Notes under the pieces: generated by a model
Databases searched by the model: none
What the model was told of the DNA's origin: nothing
Seen by the model: only the letters and a program-made list of their open reading frames with translations
Part shown: in pieces, positions 20,526 through 29,166 of the stretch
Layout of the letters: the number at the start of each line of letters is the position of its first letter
How positions within the stretch are numbered: position 1 is the first letter of the stretch
Program-made: the position numbers and the translations under genes
DNA from: Chloroflexota bacterium
GTDB lineage: Bacteria; Chloroflexota; Dehalococcoidia; SM23-28-2; JACOUE01
Direction of reading: 5' to 3'
NCBI GenBank assembly: GCA_016178045.1
Contig: JACOUE010000006.1
Location: forward strand, 1,067-65,066
Length of the DNA: 64,000 bases

Positions 20526-21151
20526 CTATTTTCCCGCGCTCAGCCTCGAGGGCGCTGCCCGGCGGTCGCGGGCCCAAATCAGGCCGAGGCCCAGGGCCAG
20601 GAGCATGGCGCCCAGTGCCGCCAGAGCGATGTAGTTGCGGATCGGCACGCCCATGGCGTCGACGGCGAGCTGGAGGAGGCCATCGACGAAGGGGTCGGCC
20701 TCCTCCTGGGCGGTGCGAAAGCCGAAGCGCGCCGCCACCGCCCCTGCCAGCGAAGGCAGAGAGCCCACGAGGACGACCGCCCCGAGGACGACGAAGCGGT
20801 TGAAGGAGCGGACGGCGCTCATCACCAGCGCGGCCAGCCCCGCCGAGATAATCCCCAGCACGATCGTGGCTATGACCAGCCTGCTATGCACGTCGTCCCT
20901 TATCAGGCCCAGCCCCCGGTCCACCAGTCCCTGGGTGGAGATCGTCTCGATGTGCCGGCGTGCCGCGGGGTCGCTGGCGCCCGCCGCAGCAGCCGCTCGC
21001 CGGTGCCCCGGGCGGTAAGCTGCGCGGCGTTCAGGGTGAGGAAAAAAGCGGTCAGGCTCAGGGCCAGGAGGACGCCCAGGAGCCACTGCGAGGCCAGCCT
21101 GAGGAGGCCAGAGCGCTCCGGCGGGGCCTCCCGCTGCTCGCCGCCGGTCAT
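20526..21151 (-). pseudogene. Multi-pass membrane protein split across two frames (frameshift, or two short overlapping genes)
   Basis: MTGGEQREAPPERSGLLRLASQWLLGVLLALSLTAFFLTLNAAQL... (tail of track ORF 20903..21724, ATGA-coupled to the RDD gene) turns into an R/P/S/W-rich tail. A natural-looking continuation (ASDPAARRHIETISTQGLVDRGL... plus three TM helices) lies in the frame of ORF 20526..21086. Confidence 0.35.
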
Positions 21152-21651
21152 GGCAACTCGATGACGACGGTATCCGCCAGTAAGTCGTGCAAGGCCTGCC
21201 GCCGGCGGTTCACCGTGGCGACGAGGAAGCCCAGGAAGACCGGCAGCGTTGAAACGACGTAACCGACGAAGCGCACCACGGCGTGGCCCGGGCCCAGAGG
21301 GCCGCCGTCGCTGCGTATCACCTTTATCTTCACCGCCATCTTCCCCACCGTCTGGCCCCGCAATGCCCAGAGGCCGATGTAGTAGAGCGGGACGAACGCG
21401 AACCAGCTCAGGACGATGAGGATCGCCGCGTTGACCGTCGCGTCGGAGGCGTCTTTTTCGCCGAAGCCGGTGCGGAGGAGGATGAGCAGCCCGGCCGCGG
21501 CCGCAAACAGCATGAGGAAGGAGGCGACGATGATGATATCGAGGATGAAGGCGACGAGACGGAGTTCGAGGCTGGCCAAGCGAGGGCTCCGGTGAGCGCC
21601 TGTCTCGCTGGGCCTGGGTGCGGCCACGGCCCCTCCTCGCGCTCGGTCCAT
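21148..21651 (-). CDS. RDD family membrane protein
   Basis: 167 aa. Three hydrophobic helices and the C-terminal RRRQALHDLLADTVVI pattern typical of RDD domains. Confidence 0.75.
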   Translation of the reverse strand: MDRARGGAVAAPRPSETGAHRSPRLASLELRLVAFILDIIIVASFLMLFAAAAGLLILLRTGFGEKDASDATVNAAILIVLSWFAFVPLYYIGLWALRGQTVGKMAVKIKVIRSDGGPLGPGHAVVRFVGYVVSTLPVFLGFLVATVNRRRQALHDLLADTVVIELP

Positions 21652-21717
21652 CAGTTAGCGGGATTATAGCACGGCAGGCGCCGCCGAAAAATCCCGGGAA
21701 TTTCCCGTCCGCAGGGG

Positions 21718-21746
21718 TTGACAAGATGTTACGGGATTGTTATTAT
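21718..21746 (+). promoter_or_regulatory. Near-consensus sigma-70-type promoter (TTGACA-17-TATTAT) for the glycan operon
   Basis: gggTTGACAagatgttacgggattgtTATTATcacg. It sits in the only large non-coding gap of the window, about 390 nt upstream of the first glycan gene. Confidence 0.5.
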
Positions 21747-22040
21747 CACGCGTTCGCTGGAACGCAAATCGATCCCGGCGCCCAAGCCCCTGAGGCCCCC
21801 CGCCTCAGCCCCAGGGACAGCCGCTCTCGATTTTCCCCCCAAGGTCGCGTTTCTCTCCGGCCCTCTTCGTTCCGTCGCCCAGCCTGCCCTTTGCCAGGAG
21901 CAGAGAGGAAAGTTCGGCCGATGCCAGCGCGACCACGTACTCACGGATTCGCAAGCGCCTGCGGGATCGACGTTGGGCGGGTCGGCGTCCCGATCAAGCT
22001 TCGCCATCTAATCCTCGACGTTGTCGCACCCTCCCCCGGC

Positions 22041-22104
22041 GGCGGGCGTGGCGGTTACCGCTCTTCAGAGATGGGGCACCAAATGCGATACCGCCACGTC
22101 CGCC
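22041..22104 (+). promoter_or_regulatory. 15-bp GC-rich helix in the operon leader (structured 5' UTR element)
   Basis: GGCGGGCGTGGCGGT ...34 nt... ACCGCCACGTCCGCC pairs over all 15 positions, with one G-U. It lies about 40 nt before the hddC-like ATG and is followed by a CUUCCUC tract. Smaller hairpins occur upstream (GCGTTCgctgGAACGC, CTGAGGCcccccGCCTCAG). Confidence 0.4.
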
Positions 22105-22142
22105 TTCCTCATCAGCAGCGGGCCCCGGGAAGACCGTAGTCG

Positions 22143-22856
22143 ATGCAGGCCGTCATCTTGGCAGGGGGCAGGGGCACGCGCCTGAGACCGCTCACGGAGC
22201 GGCTGCCCAAGTGCCTGGTGCCGATCGCCGGCCGCCCGTTCCTGGAGTACCAGATCGATCTCCTGCGGGCCTGTGGAATACGCGACATCGTCCTCTGCGT
22301 GGGCCACCTGGGCGGCCAGGTGGTCGACCGCCTGGGCAACGGCGCGCGCTTCGGCGTGCGCCTCGATTATTCGTGGGACGGCGACCGTCTCCTGGGGACG
22401 GCGGGGGCGCTCAAGAACGCCGCTGCCCTCCTGGAGCCGGAGTTCTTCGTGACCTACGGCGACTCCTACCTGGCGCTCGACTACCGCGCTGTGCTGGATT
22501 ACTTCCGGCGGTCCGACAGGCTGGGCCTGATGGTGGTCTGCCGCGAGGGCGGCGGGCGGCTGCCCGGCAACGTGGCGGTCCGCGGCGGCTTGGTCTCCTC
22601 CTACGACAAGGAGACCCCGGCCCCGGGAATGACCCACGTCAACTTCGGCGTCACCCTCCTTCGCAGGCGGGCGCTGGCCCTGATCCCTCACGGCGCTCCT
22701 TACACGGAGGACCAGTTCTACAGCGACCTCATCGGCCGCGGCCAGCTCTTGGCCTACGAGACCGAGCGCTCCTTCTACGAGGTCGGCTCCTGGCAGGGGC
22801 TGGCCCAGTTCGAGAGGCTGATAAGCGTCAGCCCCCTGCTGCAGGCGGGAGCCTAA
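22143..22856 (+). CDS. hddC: Sugar-1-phosphate nucleotidyltransferase, D-glycero-alpha-D-manno-heptose-1-phosphate guanylyltransferase-like
   Basis: MQAVILAGGRGTRLRPLTERLPKCLVPIAGRPFLEY is the G-x-G-T-R-L NTP-transferase signature. About 237 aa, like HddC. Co-operonic with hddA, gmhA and gmhB homologues. Confidence 0.7.
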   Translation: MQAVILAGGRGTRLRPLTERLPKCLVPIAGRPFLEYQIDLLRACGIRDIVLCVGHLGGQVVDRLGNGARFGVRLDYSWDGDRLLGTAGALKNAAALLEPEFFVTYGDSYLALDYRAVLDYFRRSDRLGLMVVCREGGGRLPGNVAVRGGLVSSYDKETPAPGMTHVNFGVTLLRRRALALIPHGAPYTEDQFYSDLIGRGQLLAYETERSFYEVGSWQGLAQFERLISVSPLLQAGA

Positions 22857-22858
22857 CT

Positions 22859-23845
22859 GTGATCGTCAGCAGGACGCCGTTCCGCATCTCGTTCGGCGGC
22901 GGCGGCACCGACCTCCCCGCCTACTACAGCCGCTACGGCGGCTTCATCATCAGCGCCGCCCTCAATCGCTACGTCTACATCGCCCTCAACCGCCGCTTCG
23001 AGGACAGCATCCGGGTCAGCTACTCCCAGACCGAGATCGTCGAGGGCCCCGACCAGGTCCAACACCCCATCGTCCGGGAGGCCCTCCGCTTCCTGGACCT
23101 GGACGACGCCCTGGAGATAGTCTCCATCGCCGACCTGCCGGCCAACACCGGGCTGGGCAGCTCGTGCAGCTTCACCGTCGGCCTGCTCAACGCCCTCCAT
23201 GCCCTGAAGCGGGAGCACGTGTCGCTGGAGGAGCTGGCCGAGGAGGCGTGCCACCTGGAGATCGAGCGCCTGGGCGAGCCCATCGGCAAGCAGGACCAGT
23301 ACATCGCGGCGCTGGGCGGTATCACCTGCCTGGAGATCGACCGCGAGGGAGGAGTGCGGGCGGCGCCCGCCTCCGTCCCCAAGGAGGTGCTGGACGAACT
23401 GGAGGAGCGGCTCCTCCTCTTCTACACGGGACTCAAGCGCCGTGCCTCGGACGTGCTGGAGCCGCAGAGCCGCGCTGCCCGTGAAGATGAGCCGAAAGTC
23501 GTATCCGCCCTGCACGCCATCAAGGACATCGGCCACGAGGTCCAGGATTCGCTGGAGCGGGGCGAGCTGGACCGCTTCGGCAAGCTCATGGACCTCCACT
23601 GGCAGACGAAGAAGAACCTGTCCGACCGGGTGACCACCGACGAAGTCAACCGCTGGTACGACCTGGCCATGGCCGGTGGGGCCCTGGGCGGCAAGCTGAT
23701 GGGGGCCGGCGGTGGCGGCTTCTTCATGTTCTACTGCCCGAACGGCTCGAAGAACGAGGTGCGTAGAGCCCTCGCCGCCGAGGGCCTGAAGGAAGTCCGC
23801 TTCGGCATCGACTTCGAAGGGTCGAAGGTGCTGATCAACCTGTAG
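22859..23845 (+). CDS. hddA: GHMP sugar kinase, D-glycero-D-manno-heptose-7-phosphate kinase-like
   Basis: GTG at residue 217 of track ORF 22211..23845, 2 nt after the previous stop. Has RTPFRISFGGGGTDLPAYY, PANTGLGSSCSF (GHMP motif II) and GAGGGGFFMFY. Confidence 0.75.
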   Translation: MIVSRTPFRISFGGGGTDLPAYYSRYGGFIISAALNRYVYIALNRRFEDSIRVSYSQTEIVEGPDQVQHPIVREALRFLDLDDALEIVSIADLPANTGLGSSCSFTVGLLNALHALKREHVSLEELAEEACHLEIERLGEPIGKQDQYIAALGGITCLEIDREGGVRAAPASVPKEVLDELEERLLLFYTGLKRRASDVLEPQSRAAREDEPKVVSALHAIKDIGHEVQDSLERGELDRFGKLMDLHWQTKKNLSDRVTTDEVNRWYDLAMAGGALGGKLMGAGGGGFFMFYCPNGSKNEVRRALAAEGLKEVRFGIDFEGSKVLINL

Positions 23846-23848
23846 GTC

Positions 23849-24475
23849 GTGATGGTCGCCAGGGTCGAGACGCTTATCGACAGCTACTTGCAGACCCTCG
23901 CCGGGGTCGCCCTGGGCCTGCCGCGGGACGTGCTGGAGCGGGCGGCGGACCTGCTGTACGAGTGCTGGCGCCGGGAAGGGACGGTGTTCGTCATCGGCAA
24001 CGGCGGCTCCGCCTCCACCGCCACTCACCTGGCGTGCGACCTGGCGAAGGGGACGATAGTGCCCGGCCGCCGACGCCTGCGGGCGCTGTCGCTGGCGGAC
24101 AACGTTCCCCTCGTCAGCGCCTGGACCAACGACGGCGGCTTCGGGGGCCTGTTCGCCGAGCAACTGGAGCCGTGGATCAGCGCAGACGACGCGCTGGTGG
24201 TCCTTTCCGTCCACGGCGGCGCCGGCCACGCGGATGCCGGGCCGTGGTCCCAGAACCTGCTGCGGGCGGCGGCCCTCGCCCGGCAGCGCGGCGCCAGGGT
24301 GATCGGCCTCTCGGGCTTCGAGGGCGGACCCCTGGCCGGGCTCGCCGACGTGGCGGTCGTCGTGCCCGTGGAGGCCGAGCCGCTCGGCACTCCCATTGTA
24401 GAGTCGCTGCACGCGGCGATATGCCATCTCCTGTGCCTGGCCCTGCGCCAGCGCATCGCCGAGGCGGACGAGTAG
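23849..24475 (+). CDS. gmhA: SIS-domain phosphoheptose isomerase
   Basis: 208 aa. VFVIGNGGSASTATHLACDL and VLSVHGG...NLLRAAALARQRGARVIGLSG are typical GmhA/SIS motifs. Confidence 0.8.
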   Translation: MMVARVETLIDSYLQTLAGVALGLPRDVLERAADLLYECWRREGTVFVIGNGGSASTATHLACDLAKGTIVPGRRRLRALSLADNVPLVSAWTNDGGFGGLFAEQLEPWISADDALVVLSVHGGAGHADAGPWSQNLLRAAALARQRGARVIGLSGFEGGPLAGLADVAVVVPVEAEPLGTPIVESLHAAICHLLCLALRQRIAEADE

Positions 24476-24488
24476 GAAGGGAGGAGAG

Positions 24489-25184
24489 ATGGAACTGTTC
24501 CTGGACACGGCCGACCGGAACGAGATCCGCCGCTGGCTGGCGTACGGCCTGGTCGACGGCGTGACCACCAACCCCAGCATCATGCTCCGCGACGGCGCCC
24601 TGGACGCGGAACGGACGGCCCGAGAGATCGCCGCCCTCATCGCGCCCCGGCCGCTCAGCGTGGAGGTGACCACCAATGACCCCGACGAGATGGTCCGTCA
24701 AGCCCGCGTCATGGCCGCCTGGGCGGAGAACATTGTGGTCAAGATCCCCGTAATCAACGAGTACGGCGAGCCGTGCTACCGGGCCGTGCGGGCGCTGGAC
24801 GGGGAAGGCATCCGCGTGAACATGACGGCCTGCCTTTCCTTCGGCCAGGCCGCCCTTGCCGCTAAGGCCGCCGCCACCTACGTCAGCATTTTTGCGGGCC
24901 GTGTCGCCGACGAGGGCCACGACGCCCCCGCCCTGGTCCGGGAGGTGGTCGAGTGGCTCCGGCTCTGGGGCTATCCCGCCAAGCTCATCGTGGGGAGCGT
25001 TCGCGGCCCGATTGACATAAAGGAGGCGGCCCTGGCCGGCGCCCACGTCATAACCGTGCCCCCGCCGGTCCTGGACAGATTCGTGGAGCACCGCTATAGC
25101 CGCGAGACGGTGCGCGGGTTCAATGAGGACGCCCGCACGGCGCTGGCCCGCATGGAGCAGCTGAAGAAGGAGGTGGCGGCATGA
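24489..25184 (+). CDS. Short (type 3B) transaldolase / fructose-6-phosphate aldolase family
   Basis: 231 aa with GGGAGGAG SD. Has MELFLDTADRNEIRRW...DGVTTNPSI and the Schiff-base context VVKIPV. Confidence 0.85.
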   Translation: MELFLDTADRNEIRRWLAYGLVDGVTTNPSIMLRDGALDAERTAREIAALIAPRPLSVEVTTNDPDEMVRQARVMAAWAENIVVKIPVINEYGEPCYRAVRALDGEGIRVNMTACLSFGQAALAAKAAATYVSIFAGRVADEGHDAPALVREVVEWLRLWGYPAKLIVGSVRGPIDIKEAALAGAHVITVPPPVLDRFVEHRYSRETVRGFNEDARTALARMEQLKKEVAA

Positions 25185-25735
25185 GCTTGCTCGTGGCCCT
25201 CGACCGGGACGGCACGGTCATCGAGGAGCGGCCGTACCTGTCCGACCCGAGGCAGGTGGCGCTGCTGCCCCGTGCCGCCGAGGGGCTGCTGGCCCTGCGC
25301 GAGCAGGGGTTCAGGGTGGCCCTCGTTACCAACCAGTCGGGAGTGGGCAGGGGCTACTTTGACCTGCCCACCCTCGACCGTATCCACCGCCGGCTCTTCG
25401 ACCTGCTGGCCGGGGCCGGCGCCGCCGTGGACGGCGTCTACTTCTGCCCTCACGCGCCCGACGAGGGGTGCCGCTGCCGCAAGCCGGAGACCGGCCTGCT
25501 GGAGCGGGCCGCCTCCGACTTCGCCGCCGCGGACTGCTTCGTGGTGGGCGACAAGGAGTGCGACATCGGGATGGGGCTGCGCTCGGGAGCGACGACGGTG
25601 CTGGTGCGCACCGGCTACGGCCGCCAGACGGAGAAGGCGCGGAGGGTACGGCCGCACTACGTGGTCGACGACCTTCTGGCGGCGGCGGCGGTAATCAATC
25701 GCGCCGCTCTGTACCGGAAAGCGAGGGTAGCGTGA
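25181..25735 (+). CDS. gmhB: D-glycero-D-manno-heptose-1,7-bisphosphate phosphatase (HAD-IIIA)
   Basis: 184 aa. Has the DRDGT nucleophile motif, VTNQSGVGRGYF and the Zn-loop CPHAPDEGCRCRKP. ATGA overlap with the transaldolase gene. Confidence 0.8.
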   Translation: MSLLVALDRDGTVIEERPYLSDPRQVALLPRAAEGLLALREQGFRVALVTNQSGVGRGYFDLPTLDRIHRRLFDLLAGAGAAVDGVYFCPHAPDEGCRCRKPETGLLERAASDFAAADCFVVGDKECDIGMGLRSGATTVLVRTGYGRQTEKARRVRPHYVVDDLLAAAAVINRAALYRKARVA

Positions 25736-26403
25736 ACGCACTGGTCGGCTGGGAGGCAGAGGTCAGGCGCGCCCTCCGGGACGGCGCCGAAGTGAAGCTG
25801 CGCACGGCGGACGCCTGCGCGGCGGCGATTGCCAGGGCGGCAGAGGCCATTGCCGCCTGCCTTAGCATGGGTGGCAAGCTGCTGACCTGCGGGAACGGCG
25901 GCTCGGCTGCCGACGCCCAGCACATCGCCGCCGAGCTGGTGGGCCGTCTGAGCCCCAAGTCGTTGCGGCCGGCCCTTGCCGCCGTGGCCCTGACCACTGA
26001 TACGTCGGTGCTCACCGCCCTCGGCAACGATTTCGGGTTCGAGGTAGCGTTCCAGCGGCAGGTGGAGGCGCTGGGCCACCCCGGCGACGCCCTCCTCGCT
26101 ATCAGTACCAGCGGCCGCTCGGAGAACGTCCTGCGGGCGGTCTCGGCCGCCCGCGGCAAAGGCCTGGTCACCATCGCCCTGAGCGGGGGCGACGGCGGCG
26201 CCCTGACCGGGGCCGCCGACATCGCCGTCGTCGTCCCCAGCGATGACGCTCAGCGGGTGCAGGAGGCCCACATCGCTATCGGCCATATCGTCTGCTCCCT
26301 GGTGGAGCGCATCCTCTTCGACGAGGGAAAGGACCGGACATGGGATCTGGCGCGGGAAGCTGTCCCCGGGGCCGGCGTCATGGGCCGCTCCCCCGGACGG
26401 TGA
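25732..26403 (+). CDS. gmhA: Second SIS-domain phosphoheptose isomerase paralogue
   Basis: GTG at residue 89 of track ORF 25468..26403 (GTGA overlap). Has LLTCGNGGSAADAQHIAAEL and AISTSGRSENVLRAVSAARGKGLVTIALSG. Confidence 0.75.
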   Translation: MNALVGWEAEVRRALRDGAEVKLRTADACAAAIARAAEAIAACLSMGGKLLTCGNGGSAADAQHIAAELVGRLSPKSLRPALAAVALTTDTSVLTALGNDFGFEVAFQRQVEALGHPGDALLAISTSGRSENVLRAVSAARGKGLVTIALSGGDGGALTGAADIAVVVPSDDAQRVQEAHIAIGHIVCSLVERILFDEGKDRTWDLAREAVPGAGVMGRSPGR

Positions 26404-26404
26404 C

Positions 26405-28351
26405 GTGCAGAGTGGACGTCGGGCGCGCCGGGGCCGGACGAGCCGAGTCCGCCTGCTCGTCGCGGGTCTCGTCGCTGTGGCCATTGTCGCCTACGTGGCC
26501 ATTACCGGCACCCGTTTCCTGCTGGCCTACGGGGAGCTGAAGGAAGCGAAGGAGCTGATGCTTTCGGCCGAATCGACGCTGCGAAAGGACGGTCCGGACG
26601 CCTCGCCCGACACCCTGGACGGGGCGCAGGTCCGCCTCCTGGCCGCGCGGGCGAAGCTTGACTCCGCCCGCCGTCTGCTGGACGGCGACCCGCTGCTGCG
26701 GGCCGCCGAGCGGCTTCCCGCGCTGGGGCCGCAGTTGTCGGCCGTGCGGTCGTTCATCGACATCGGCCGCGAAGGGGCGGACGTCGGCCTGGCCGGTATC
26801 GAAGCGCTCCGAAGCTACGATGCGGTCCGGGCAGACAAGAGACCGCCTCTGGGCGAGCGGGTTGTGGCGTTCCTGGAAGCCGTCCGGCCGGAGATGGCCT
26901 CGGCGGAGGCAAGCCTGGCGCTGATACAGGAGGAACGCTTGGCGATGGAGGGGGACTGGCTGCTCCCTCCCCTCGCCGGGCTGCTCGAAGAGGTGGACGG
27001 GCGCCTCCCGCGGCTCCAGCGGTCGCTGGAGAGGTACCGCGACGGGCAACGGGCGGCGCCCGGACTCCTCGGCTTCCGGGGGGGCCGCCGCTACCTGGTG
27101 CTGGGCCTGGACAACACGGAGCTCATGCCCGGCGGCGGGCTCATCGGCTCCTACGGCGTGATCACCCTCCAGAGGGGCCGCCTGCGCGACCGCACCTTCG
27201 GCGAGGTTGAGGACGTGATCGACCGCTGGCAGGAGCGGAGCGGCGGCGAGTACATCGAGCCGCCGGGCCCCCTCAAGCGGTACCTGCTGCGCGACTGGAC
27301 CTGGAACTTCGGCATTGCCGACTGGTCGCCCGACTTCCCGACCTCCGCCCGGCAGGCGCTCTTCTTCTACGAGCGCTCGGGGGCGGAGCCCGTCGATGGC
27401 GTCATCGCCCTCGACTTCGCCACCCTGGAAGGACTCCTCGAAGTGCTGGGCCCGGTGCGCATCGAGCGGTACGGCGTGACCGTGGACGCCGAGAACGTGA
27501 CGGAGGAGGTCCTGGCCCGCATCGGCCGGCCGCTGCGTCCCGGGCAGGGCGACCACGCCTTCGCCCGCGCCGTCGCCCGCCGCGTGATCGACGAGGCGAT
27601 GGACGCCGACGGGCAGGAGTGGCAGCCGCTGCTGCGGAGGCTGGAGCGTCTGGCCGAGGAGAAGCACCTCTTCGTCTACTCCGGCGACGCGGGCATCGAA
27701 CGGTCCCTGGGCCGGCTGGGCTGGGCGGGCGAGGTGAGGGAGGAGCCGGGCGACTACCTGATGGTGGTGAACGCCAGCGTCCACAGCACCAAGCTCAACC
27801 TGGCCCTGCGCGAGAGGTTCGATGTGCGGGTGCGGCTGGACGCCGCGGGCAACGCCCATCACGGTGTCACCCTCCGCTACGAGAATCGCCTCGACGAGTG
27901 GGCCGCCGGCCGCGATCCCCAGTTCGTCTCCGACCTGATGCTTTCCGGTTTCTACGGCGGATACGTGCGCGTGCTCACGCCGAAAGAATCACGCTTACGG
28001 GAAGTGCGGCTGAACGGAGAGGCCGCCGGGGTGGAGGAGGTGACGCAGGAGGCGGGCAGGCTCTCCTTCGGGCGCTACGTGCCGCTTCCCAGGGACGCCC
28101 GAGCCAGCCTCGAGTTCGCCTACCTGAGCCCCGGCGTCGTCGAGGCTTTGGGGGGCGTCCGCACGTACCGGCTGCTCCTCCAGAAGCAGCCGGGGACGGG
28201 GGCGATCCCCCTGAGGCTGACCGTCGAGCTGCCAGCGGGAGCTTCGGTGACGAGCGTCACGCTCGGCGGTCGTGAGCTGCCGCCCGGCCGGCTGAGGATA
28301 GAGACGGACCTTTCGAGGGACAGGGAGCTGGTCGTGGAGTACGAGCCTTAG
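26405..28351 (+). CDS. DUF4012-like membrane-anchored extracytoplasmic protein
   Basis: GTG at residue 55 of track ORF 26243..28351. Arg-rich N-terminus, one TM helix (LLVAGLVAVAIVAYVAI), then a roughly 600-aa domain containing YLVLGLDNTELMPGGGLIGSYGVI, which I recognise as the DUF4012 core. Confidence 0.6.
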   Translation: MQSGRRARRGRTSRVRLLVAGLVAVAIVAYVAITGTRFLLAYGELKEAKELMLSAESTLRKDGPDASPDTLDGAQVRLLAARAKLDSARRLLDGDPLLRAAERLPALGPQLSAVRSFIDIGREGADVGLAGIEALRSYDAVRADKRPPLGERVVAFLEAVRPEMASAEASLALIQEERLAMEGDWLLPPLAGLLEEVDGRLPRLQRSLERYRDGQRAAPGLLGFRGGRRYLVLGLDNTELMPGGGLIGSYGVITLQRGRLRDRTFGEVEDVIDRWQERSGGEYIEPPGPLKRYLLRDWTWNFGIADWSPDFPTSARQALFFYERSGAEPVDGVIALDFATLEGLLEVLGPVRIERYGVTVDAENVTEEVLARIGRPLRPGQGDHAFARAVARRVIDEAMDADGQEWQPLLRRLERLAEEKHLFVYSGDAGIERSLGRLGWAGEVREEPGDYLMVVNASVHSTKLNLALRERFDVRVRLDAAGNAHHGVTLRYENRLDEWAAGRDPQFVSDLMLSGFYGGYVRVLTPKESRLREVRLNGEAAGVEEVTQEAGRLSFGRYVPLPRDARASLEFAYLSPGVVEALGGVRTYRLLLQKQPGTGAIPLRLTVELPAGASVTSVTLGGRELPPGRLRIETDLSRDRELVVEYEP

Positions 28352-28361
28352 GAGGTCGAGC

Positions 28362-29164
28362 ATGTCGTTCTGGCGAGGAAAGCGAGTAGTGGTCACCGGC
28401 GGGGCCGGCTTCATCGGCTCCCACGTGGTCGAGGCGCTCCGCCGCAAGGACTGCGCCGACGTCTTCGTGGTGCGCAGCCGCGACTACGACCTCACCCGCG
28501 AGGAGAACGTCGTCCGCCTGCTCGACGAGACGGAGCCCGACATCGTCTTCCACCTGGCGGGACTGGTGGGCGGGATAACGGCGAACAAGGAGCGTCCCGC
28601 CGAGTTCTTCTACCAGAACCTGACCATGGGAACCTTCATGCTCCGCAGTCGCTCGCCTACTACGAGCAGTACGGCTTCGTCTCCAGCATCTGCGTGCTGG
28701 CCAACGTCTACGGGCCGAACCACACCTTCGACCTCCACTACTCGCCGGTGGTGCCGGCCCTCATCCGCAAGAGCGTTGAGGCGGTGGAGAACAACAGCGA
28801 CACCATCACCGTCTGGGGCAGCGGCCGCCCGACCCGTGACTTCATCTACGTGGGCGATGTCGCCCGCGGCCTCCTCCTGGCGGCGGAGAAGTACGAACGT
28901 CCGGCCCTGGTCAACATCTCCTCCGGCAAGGAGATAACCATCCGCGAGCTGGCGGAGCTGCTGGCCGAGCTGACCGGCTTCCACGGCCGCATCGTCTGGG
29001 ACTCCGGCCACCCCGACGGAGCTCTCCGTCACTGCCTCGACCCCAGCAAGGCGAAGCGGGAGCTCGGCTTCGAGGTCGAAGTGGGCCTGCGCGAAGGGCT
29101 GGAGCGCACCATCGCTTGGTACAAGGCCAACCGCGAGCAGGCCCGGGTAAGGATCACGGTGTGA
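28362..29164 (+). pseudogene. GDP-L-fucose-synthase-like epimerase/reductase with an internal deletion of about 50 codons plus a frameshift
   Basis: N-part (track ORF 28362..28937) is good through ...FFYQNLTMGTFMLRS, then degenerates. C-part (frame of ORF 28694..29164) resumes at ..SLAYYEQYGFVSSICVLANVYGPN. The intact paralogue at 36631 shows that [14 protein letters not shown]...YGVAKRVLA (catalytic Ser and YxxxK) is missing. Confidence 0.7.
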
Positions 29165-29166
29165 GC

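Noticed and set aside
22041-22060. GGCGGTTAC in the operon leader resembles the RfaH ops element (GGCGGTAG).
   Set aside because: It has an extra T relative to the 8-nt ops core. ops/RfaH is a proteobacterial system, and here the bases are part of the 5' arm of a 15-bp helix. I kept the helix as a finding but did not call an ops site.
26243-26404. Upstream ATG (MTLSGCRRPTS...) as the start of the DUF4012 gene.
   Set aside because: It would overlap the second gmhA gene by about 160 nt in another frame with a Ser/Arg-rich translation. The GTG immediately after the gmhA stop gives the expected basic N-terminus plus TM helix.
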